From an uncultured Alphaproteobacteria bacterium (GTDB lineage Bacteria; Pseudomonadota; Alphaproteobacteria; ATCC43930; CGMCC-115725), in contig CAVZKP010000031.1 in NCBI GenBank assembly GCA_963775875.1, forward strand, positions 29,720 to 93,719: a stretch of DNA of 64,000 nt. The letters run 5' to 3'. Positions 57,250-64,000 of this stretch are shown here, one piece after another. Position 1 is the first letter of the stretch; each line of letters begins with the position of its first letter. The position numbers were made by a program, and so were the translations under genes. A model generated the notes under the pieces. That model was not told the origin of the DNA. It saw only the letters and a list, made by a program, of their open reading frames with translations, and ran no database searches.

Positions 57250-59427
57250 TTAATCCTGACTTGCGTAGACCCGCTGGATCTTGACCGAGGATACCGCCAG
57301 CGGCGCCGCGCCGCTGGTCCAAACCCGCACCTCGATCGGTGCCGGCTCCGACTGATCCGGGGCGGCGGCAAGAGCGAACGACAGCTCGTGCTCACCCGCG
57401 CCGCATTCGCGAAAGGTGATGTCGCGTTGCGCCAGATAGGAATCGCCGCTCGCGGCTTCGAGCATGGCGATCATCTGGGCGGGTTCCACCCCGCCGGACG
57501 GCTCGGCTATGTCGAGGTTGACGTTCACCCGATATTTGCCGGGCGGCAGCCTGACATAGGGGCCGTACACGACGTGGCCGCTCATCGAGGATTTCGCCTC
57601 GACGACCCCGTCAACCCGCTCGGCTATGCTGCCGACCTGCATCATCGGCAGACATTCGACCGGCATGACCGGAAATAATTGGTCGCGCAGTTGCAACTCT
57701 GTCGGGCTGCCGGCGAGCCGCGCCAGGTCGGGCGAGGCTTGCGATGCTCGGCCGGGTGCGGCCCGATTGTCGCCGCCCTGGCCGCCTCTCGGCGCCCTTG
57801 CGTCCCGGGCTCGCGACAGGCTGGCGATTATTTCTTCCGATGTCCAGCCGAGCCCGAGCAGGTCGATCGTCGCACGGTGGCTCAGCGGGTCCAAGGCGAT
57901 CGATTGCAGGTACGAGACCGCGGCTTCTTCAAGCTTGCCTTCCATTTTGAGCACACCGGCCAGCTGCAGATGCGTATCCGGGACGCTCGGATCCAAGCTC
58001 AGCGCCTGCCGATAGGCGCTCTCGGCGTTCTGGAAATGACCCTGCTCCTTCAGCGCGTGGCCATATTGGACCCAGATCGCGGCGTCGGCCGGAGCGTAAT
58101 CGAGCGCCGTGCGATAGTGTCGCGAGGCGGCTTCCCAGTCGCGGGCATCCCGGGCCCGATCGGCCAGCGCAGCGGCTCTGCGGGCGGCGCGTCCAAGCCG
58201 CTTTTGCCGCAACAGGGACAATCCGCCCCAGCGAAACATCAACCTGCTGTTCGGGTCGAGACGGGGCGGCAGTTTCGACGATGCCGCGGCGGCCGGCTTT
58301 ACATTGTCGGCCAGGCTCAGTTTGATCGCCTGGGTCGTCGCGGCGAGCCTGGCGCACTCAGCTTCGAGCGCGTCGCGTTCGGCGGCCAATTTCGCAACAT
58401 CGCCAATCATGCCGCGAATTTTCGCGCGATTCCCCTGGGCTACCAGCGCGCGTTCCGCTGGTCTTGACCGCGCCGCTCCGGCCGGCAGGGCAAACGGGTA
58501 CCCCGGTTCGTCGACGAACGGCCCGAGAAAGCCGCCCTTGTTGCGCCTCTCCTCGGAGTAGAACATTTCCGACAACACATCCTTCGGTCGGGCGCTGCCG
58601 GTGCTGAGCCGGTCGGCGAACGCGCGCGCGCCGATCGTATCGGACGGGCGCTCCAGCAAATAGCAGTAGGCGACCTCGACAAACGTTTCCAATCCAAAAT
58701 AGTTGTAAAATTGCTCGACCGCTTCCTGATCATAGACTGCGTCAAACCTCCGCAGCTCGACCGCGTCGACCGGAAGTTGGCCACGAACAACAGCTGACTC
58801 ACCAACCCTGAGATCCCTCATCGGTCGCTCGAAAAGGATGCGCCCGCTCCGCTTATGCCGCAAGGATACTGTCGAATTATAGGGAAGCAGATCGAGATCG
58901 GCCCTGGGCAACTTTCCGCGGAGGCCCACGAAGGCCGCTCGATTCCGCGTAAAATTAGGGCTGTATCTGTCGGCCAGCATCGTGCAACCGCAATCGGCGC
59001 CAATCCACAATTCCACCATCGCGGGTAATTCGTCGCGGCAGAACGCCCATCCCATTACCGTCCCATCCGCGTCAATAAGGTCGACCTTTCCAGCCAAGTC
59101 AGCGACCTTTGTCTTTGCCAGCACCCGGCGTGCGCCGTCGCGAACAGCGAACAGCGATACCTCCTCGTCGACATCAATGTCGCCCGCTGGCAGGCACGCT
59201 GTAAATTCGAGGCGCTCTATTGCCGCTTTCCCTGGAATGTCGATTGGCCGGTCGATGGTCACATCTTTCGACGTTTGGTCGCCGCAGCCAAGCTCTAACG
59301 TCCAGCCGTCCGGCGGTGGTTCCCCGGTCCAGCCGACCCAGCCGATGACGGTACCAAAATAGGCGGCAATATCAATATGCCCCGTCAGTTCGTCCATCCA
59401 ATTCGATCCCTGCGCGGGCAGCGACAC
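57250..59427 (-). CDS. multidomain TPR / DUF4214 protein of unknown function (glycan-locus accessory protein)
   Basis: It has two N-terminal G-x-V-x-GW modules (GTVIGWVGW, GTVMGWAFC). A DUF4214 stretch follows (FVEVAYCYLLERPSDTIGARAFADRLSTGSARPKDVLSEMFYSEE), then a coiled coil. At least 3 TPRs follow (WEAASRHYRTALDYAPADAAIWVQYGHALKEQGHFQNAESAYRQALSLDPSVPDTHLQLAGVLKMEGKLEEAAVSYLQSIALDP). The C-terminal domain carries VVYGPYVRLPPGKYRV. The start is GTG 59427 or ATG 59397. Confidence 0.7.
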   Translation of the reverse strand: MSLPAQGSNWMDELTGHIDIAAYFGTVIGWVGWTGEPPPDGWTLELGCGDQTSKDVTIDRPIDIPGKAAIERLEFTACLPAGDIDVDEEVSLFAVRDGARRVLAKTKVADLAGKVDLIDADGTVMGWAFCRDELPAMVELWIGADCGCTMLADRYSPNFTRNRAAFVGLRGKLPRADLDLLPYNSTVSLRHKRSGRILFERPMRDLRVGESAVVRGQLPVDAVELRRFDAVYDQEAVEQFYNYFGLETFVEVAYCYLLERPSDTIGARAFADRLSTGSARPKDVLSEMFYSEERRNKGGFLGPFVDEPGYPFALPAGAARSRPAERALVAQGNRAKIRGMIGDVAKLAAERDALEAECARLAATTQAIKLSLADNVKPAAAASSKLPPRLDPNSRLMFRWGGLSLLRQKRLGRAARRAAALADRARDARDWEAASRHYRTALDYAPADAAIWVQYGHALKEQGHFQNAESAYRQALSLDPSVPDTHLQLAGVLKMEGKLEEAAVSYLQSIALDPLSHRATIDLLGLGWTSEEIIASLSRARDARAPRGGQGGDNRAAPGRASQASPDLARLAGSPTELQLRDQLFPVMPVECLPMMQVGSIAERVDGVVEAKSSMSGHVVYGPYVRLPPGKYRVNVNLDIAEPSGGVEPAQMIAMLEAASGDSYLAQRDITFRECGAGEHELSFALAAAPDQSEPAPIEVRVWTSGAAPLAVSSVKIQRVYASQD

Positions 59428-60528
59428 CCTCCACGACTTCCCGCACTTTGTCGTTGAAGGCAGACCAGGTAAAACGGGTGCCTTGGCGATAGGCGGCTAG
59501 CCTGGTTTCGGCATTGCGATGCGCCAGATCGACAATCACCCGCTAAATCGCGTGGTCAAGGCTCTCCAGACTGGAAGGGTCGAAATAATACCCTGCCTCT
59601 CCGGCGACTTCCGGCAGGCTGCCGCCGATCGAAACCACCACGGGAACGCCGACGGAAAGGGCCTCTGCAACCGGCGAACCGAAGCCCTCAATGAAGGACG
59701 GATAGACCAGAAACGAGGCTTCCTTCATCAGCGCGTATTTGAGCCGTTCGTCGACGAATGAGATAAATCGTATCCGATTGGCTCGGATAAAGCCGGCAAT
59801 TCGGGGATTGTTTCGGCAGCGCTGATATACTCCGCCCCAACCCTCCGCACCGCAGAAGCAGAACACGAAACTGTCAAGTATCCGAGGATGAGTTATAAGA
59901 TATTCAAAAACAATTTCCAAATTCTTTCTCGGTTCAAATGTCCCAAACAGCAGCACATATGGTTCAAAAATTGACTGCGTAATGGCTCGGTATACGGAAA
60001 TATGGCTTTCAAACCAGTCAACTCCCGGATAGGCAACGGATGTGCACGTTCGGATCGATCCCAAAATATCGAACGAGGTCATTTCGGCTCGCTTCCGACA
60101 CACAGATGAAATGGTCGAAATCCGGAAGATCGTGAAGAAAACGCCGGCTCTCCCACACCAGCAATTCCTCCGGATGAAATTCAGGAGTTAAAATCGCCGT
60201 CAAATCGTGGATAATCTGGATCTCCTGACCGAATATCTTCTCGCGGGTTGCCCGCGTATGCGGATATAGCGCTATCCCGTGTTTTAACGCGTCCGAGGGA
60301 ATCGGGCGCATCGCGCGATAGTGCGAGCGCCGGAGGGCCCGAAAATAGCGGCCGGTTCGCTGCTCAACGAGTTGTTCGACGGTCGAGCCGTTCGATCTCG
60401 ATATTGCCAACGAAAAACCGGGGCCTCGCATCCGATCTGGCCAACCAGTACCGCGCTAGATGCCAAGTTAACTGGGGAATTCCAGTGAACCTTCCGTCCA
60501 TCAGCGGCCGAATGTCGATGTAAAGCAT
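59372..60528 (-). pseudogene. GT4-family glycosyltransferase, two frameshifts and one in-frame TAG as assembled
   Basis: Segment 1 is MLYIDIRPLMDGRFTGIPQLTWHLARYWL...FFVGNIEIE. Segment 2 is ...VEQLVEQRTGRYF...FICVSEASRNDLVRYFGIDPNVH. Segment 3 is ...VAYPGVDWF...LLFGTFEPRKNL...LVYPSFIEGFGSPVAEALSVGVPVVVSIGGSLPEVAGEAGYYFDP (E-x7-E motif). Then ...LDHAI-TAG(59543-59545)-RVIVDLAHRNAETRLAAYRQGTRFTWSAFNDKVREVVEG. The shifts are near 60385 and 60040. Confidence 0.75.
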
Positions 60529-60533
60529 CGGCG

Positions 60534-61957
60534 CTACCCAGGTCCCACAGCGCGACCAGCCATGATATCCTGAAGGCGGATACTTATCTGGCGGGCGACT
60601 CCGGTGACGTCGTATTTTCCCGCGACGGCGGCTCGGGCCTGCTCTCTCTTTCTCTGTAGCTCTCCGGCGCTGATCGACGCCGACTTCGCAAGCGCTTGAT
60701 ATACGTCCTTAGTCGAGGCCTCATATCGAGTTACCGGCCCGACCGGATACCCGGTCGCCGTCTCGCCGTCGACCTCGATTGCGCGGAAGGCGCAGGGAAT
60801 GCAGTTTTCCGGGGTGAGATAGTCCACCATCGCGGTATGTATCGGCGAGATGACGATCGTCCCCCGCGACATCGCCTCCAATACCGGTAGATTGAGACCT
60901 TCCGCAAAGCTCGTTGAAATATAGAAATCTGCGGCCGCAACGACCTCCAGCAGCTTGTTCTCCTCCAGAAAACCGTCGACAAACAGGACAGCATCGCTCT
61001 TCAGGATGCCATCCCCGATCAGACGAGATAGCCGTAGTCTGACAGTTCTCCACAGCTTTTGATGAAGCGGGATATCCGGCGAACCGACCAGCTTCACGAT
61101 CAGCACCTTGCCAGGGCAGTCTTCGGCGAACCGAGCGAACGCGATAATGGAGGCTTCGACGTTTTTGCGCGAATCCGCAGGATTGATGATCGTGAGGTAA
61201 ATCGTCGGCCGCCGCCCAACCGCACAGCGATAAAAGAAATAGCTGAACTGATCGGTAAATTCCTCAAGTACATCTTCGTTGTAAGCCTGAGGCATCGAAA
61301 AATCAAAGAGCAATGGCGCACAAGGAAGTGATCCGATTACTTCTTCAATTTTTGGGTTGCCTGGATAGGTATAATCTGGCACTGGGGCAGGAATGACATG
61401 GATATTTTTCAGTCCGGATCGTGCGAATGCGTGCTTTGCGAACAGCGAACCAGTCCATATTTCCTCGAATAAGCTGAGAACCCAATATTGATTCTCGCCA
61501 CAGCGAGTCGCCATCTTGGGTGGCGTTACTGATCGACGCAGTATTCCCAGGCGACCCAGGCGATGTTGTATGCAGGTTTCAAAAGCCGCAGGCTGGAAAA
61601 ATCGCCGACCGCAAGGTGAATGATGCGCTGATCAGGGTCGGCGAGAAATTTGCGGCTGAGATCGCTACTGTAAATCTCGGGTCGCAGTACTCGCAATGTC
61701 GGCAGGCGCAGCGCGGAAAAGGCTGCCAGAAAGCGTTGCGCCGACAAATGCAGCGAAAAATGCGGCGCCCCAATCTCCGGCTCGCGGAGCCCGGCTGCGA
61801 GACCAAGCCGGCAGCTATAGGTTACAACGAGATCGTGCCAACCCCGGTCGGCTGCTGGCTTCATTTGACCTGCTACGCCGTCCAAATCCAGAGCCCACGT
61901 CGCGTGGTCGACCGCCGCTGGATCCGACGCGCCGCCTGCTCCCTCATCCCCTGTCAT
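60534..61957 (-). pseudogene. glycosyltransferase (GT4-like C-domain), one frameshift as assembled
   Basis: The N-part (ORF 61526..61957) ends ...LLKPAYNIAWVAWEY. The C-part (ORF 60534..61514) continues ...GENQYWVLSLFEEIWTGSLFAKHAF... and ...FYISTSFAEGLNLPVLEAMSRGTIVISP. The W-x-W-E ... (D/E)EIW motif pair is typical of this GT subfamily. The junction is near 61520-61540 and the start codon is uncertain. Confidence 0.65.
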
Positions 61958-62811
61958 CTGACCGTCAAGATCGTCATTTCACAAATCCTACCATTGAAAG
62001 CATCGGCATAAACTTCGCTGTCGGTTATGTGCGGCAGTCAGGCCCGCATTGACAAGGCTTTGCCTGCTACCAGGGAAATGCAGCATCAGCAGCGAGGAGG
62101 TCTCTCTGCTTGTCGCCGATCAAATTGCTGTGGACGCGGTCACATGGCCAGTGGCCGAACGGATCAAGAGCCATTCGGGGGCAGGCTGGTGCCGGTCGCT
62201 GTGCCGGGCGGCGGGCGGGATTCGGTGCATTCGGGTGATGCGGACAACAGCGCAAATCGTCGACATCAGCGCCACGCCGCGGCCCGCTCGGTCGCGAGAT
62301 GGGCGTGGACGGCGCAAAGATCGTCTGTTGCACGGGAGCCGCGTCCGACCGGCCTGATCGGGTAACAATGCACCGGAACGGCTTGCTGTCGGTGAGCGTC
62401 TCGACCGCAGCTTTGGCTCCCCCGATTCAGCAACGCCGCGCGACCGAGCCGATATACCCATCATGGTGATTAGAGCACCCCATCGCGGTCGAGCCGGCGG
62501 CGGCCCGGCACTCAAGGCGCCGGGGATTTCGCGCTGCGGCATGCCAGGTCATCCGGCACGCCGACGTCGAGCAAATAGCTATCGTATCGGATACCGAGCA
62601 GGCAACCATCCTGTGCGGGCCGTGGGACAGCGCTCCGCTCGGGCCAACGTCATGGGCAGAGGCAATCAACCGGCGCCCGGCGGAAGGCGTCGAAGGCGTT
62701 GGTCATCGCGCTGATCCACGAGACCTGGATCGGCGGCGTCCTGAGCCGGCGGTCGTCGCAACAACGCAAAAGCGTCCGCCCCCGTCCTCGCCCCCGTCCT
62801 CGGCCCGAACC

Positions 62812-63804
62812 TCAGGCCTTGCGGCGGCGCTCGGCGGCCGGGGCGGGTTCGGCGGCGGCCTCGGCGCGGGCTTTGCGGCGCTTCGCCGGCGCCGGGGTTG
62901 CCGGCTGGGCCTCGGGTGCGGCTTTCGCATCGCGCCCGCCCGACACCGGCAGCAACAGCGCCGGCTGGCGCCGGTCGCCGGCCGGCCGCGCGCGCCTGGC
63001 CGCCGCCGCGCCGCCCCGGCCCGGCGCCGACGCCTCCTCGCGGGCGAGGCTGCGCTTTAGCGCATCCATCAGATTGACCACCTTGGGCGGCTCCTCGATC
63101 GCCGGCGAAGCGGCCGCCGCCTCGCCCTTGAGCTTGCTGTCGACCAGCTCGCGCAACGCCTCCTGGTAGCGGTCGTGGAACCCCGCCGGCTCGAACTTGC
63201 CCGATTTGCGCTCGATGATGGTCTCGGCCAGCGCCACCAGATCCGGATCGATCTGCGCTTCCGGTTTGCTGGCGAATTCCGCCGGGCGCACCTCGTCGCT
63301 GCTGCGCAGCTGCGACATCATCAGCCCTTCGCCGCGCGGTTCGACCAGGACCGGGCGCTCGCGGCCCGACATCGTGATCCGGCCGAGCCCGACCTTGTTG
63401 GTGTGCGCCATCGCCTCGCCGATCACCCGGAAGGTTTCGGCCGCGAGTTCGCCCTCGGGATAGACGTAATACGGGGCGTCGAGATAGAGCGGGTCGACCT
63501 CGTCGCGGCCGACGAAGCGGTCGAGATCGATGATCTTCGACGACTCGACCCGCAAATCCTTCAGCTCCTCCTCGCTGAGCGTGACATAGCGGTCGCGGTC
63601 GAATTCGTAGCCCTTGACGATCTGGTCGCGGCCGACCTCGTCGCCGGTCTTGGAGTCGACGAGACGCTGCGCCAGGCGGTTTCCGGTCTTCGAATTGAGC
63701 TGATTGAGCCTGATCCGCTTGGCTTCGGTCGTCGCCGGGGTCAGATAGACCGGGCAGGTGACGAGAGAAAGACGCAAAAACCCGCTCCAACTCGCGCGCG
63801 GCAT
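62812..63804 (-). CDS. ku: non-homologous end-joining protein Ku
   Basis: MPRASWSGFLRLSLVTCPVYLTPATTEAKRIRLNQLN..TGNRL.QRLVD..TG.EV.RDQIVKGYEFDRDRYV.LSEEELK... is the bacterial Ku core, followed by a basic Ala/Arg/Lys-rich tail. 330 aa. Confidence 0.92.
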   Translation of the reverse strand: MPRASWSGFLRLSLVTCPVYLTPATTEAKRIRLNQLNSKTGNRLAQRLVDSKTGDEVGRDQIVKGYEFDRDRYVTLSEEELKDLRVESSKIIDLDRFVGRDEVDPLYLDAPYYVYPEGELAAETFRVIGEAMAHTNKVGLGRITMSGRERPVLVEPRGEGLMMSQLRSSDEVRPAEFASKPEAQIDPDLVALAETIIERKSGKFEPAGFHDRYQEALRELVDSKLKGEAAAASPAIEEPPKVVNLMDALKRSLAREEASAPGRGGAAAARRARPAGDRRQPALLLPVSGGRDAKAAPEAQPATPAPAKRRKARAEAAAEPAPAAERRRKA

Positions 63805-63911
63805 GCCGATCTCCTATATTTCGGCCCTAGAAATGCACATTATCCGCGGCTCCGCAACGGCGCGGCCAGGGTCTATCATCGGATAACGTCTGCAGCAGGC
63901 GATCGGCGGCA

Positions 63912-64000
63912 ATGGCGCTCAGCGAATACCGACGCAAACGCGATTTCGCGAAAACCCCCGAGCCGGCCGGCGCGGCGCCGCCGCAGAGCGCGGCTCGGCC
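63912..64000 (+). CDS. ligD: ATP-dependent DNA ligase LigD, first ~29 codons (3'-phosphoesterase domain start); truncated by the window edge
   Basis: MALSEYRRKRDFAKTPEPAGAAPPQSAAR. The L-x-x-Y-x-x-KRDF-x-x-TPEP opening is the canonical LigD/PE-domain N-terminus. It is divergent from ku. Confidence 0.7.
   Translation, partial: MALSEYRRKRDFAKTPEPAGAAPPQSAAR

Noticed and set aside
52878-59545. Selenocysteine or pyrrolysine recoding, or an alternative genetic code, as an explanation for the in-frame TGA/TAG codons
   Set aside because: TGA and TAG serve as ordinary terminators for many clearly complete genes in this window. The contexts (…GSAS-TGA-PGTAS…, …YYDIP-TAG-LSF…, …DHAI-TAG-RVIV…) are not redox-active Sec sites. 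I saw no SECIS-like hairpin or pyl genes.
53019-62050. Calling the low-GC block a genomic island or ICE/prophage-type mobile element
   Set aside because: No integrase, transposase, tRNA target, conjugation or phage gene is present, and I found no flanking direct repeats. Only the compositional shift supports foreign origin, so it is reported as a finding rather than annotated as a mobile_element.
62049-62357. 102-aa ORF (TTG start) and overlapping ORFs at 62027-62365 and 62067-62333
   Set aside because: They are mutually overlapping and rich in Cys/Arg/Gly. They have no SD and no recognisable motif, so none can be preferred over the others.

Overview
This 64-kb window reads as a chromosomal segment of a high-G+C alphaproteobacterium, most likely Hyphomicrobiales/Rhizobiales. 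Supporting signs are CIRCE-regulated groESL, sdhCDAB gene order, Bradyrhizobiaceae-style REP palindromes and divergent ku/ligD. Hand-counted 60-nt lines in the flanks run roughly 55-77% G+C.

Left third: an NtaA-type monooxygenase and a serine-recombinase relic. Then a D-carbamoylase followed by a small ORF, a radical SAM/SPASM-like enzyme and a convergent TauD dioxygenase. Then DUF1674, an rsmB-like gene, groESL and a LMW-phosphatase/ATP-grasp/polysaccharide-deacetylase trio. Then a nucleoside hydrolase abutting a Phd-VapC module, sdhCDAB, a CitE-like lyase and a PotABCD-like ABC importer.

Middle: pdxY, an SDR, a porin, HAD and metallophosphoesterase genes, a second Phd-VapC pair and small housekeeping genes. 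A ~19-kb block (33.3-52.0 kb) follows that is unusually rich in luciferase-like (LLM) flavin oxidoreductases: six here, seven in the window. That block also carries two SMP-30 lactonases, a D-aminoacylase, hydrolases, dehydrogenases and an orphan 495-aa protein.

Right: an orphan kpsM, then a visibly low-G+C ~9-kb minus-strand glycan-modification operon. It encodes two glycosyltransferases, a TPR/DUF4214 protein, a fused double methyltransferase, a GH99/WbsX-like hydrolase and a sulfotransferase. An uncallable 0.85 kb and divergent ku/ligD follow; ligD is cut by the window edge.

I saw no rRNA, tRNA, CRISPR array, intact transposase or integrase.

At least 24 frame disruptions (frameshifts plus three in-frame stops) are present. 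They cluster strongly in the sdh operon, the ABC operon, the porin and the glycan island. Several sit in short homopolymer runs, so assembly indels are the default explanation, but read-level checking is needed.

All calls rest on my reading of the supplied translations and sequence. No database search was run, and frameshift positions are approximate.
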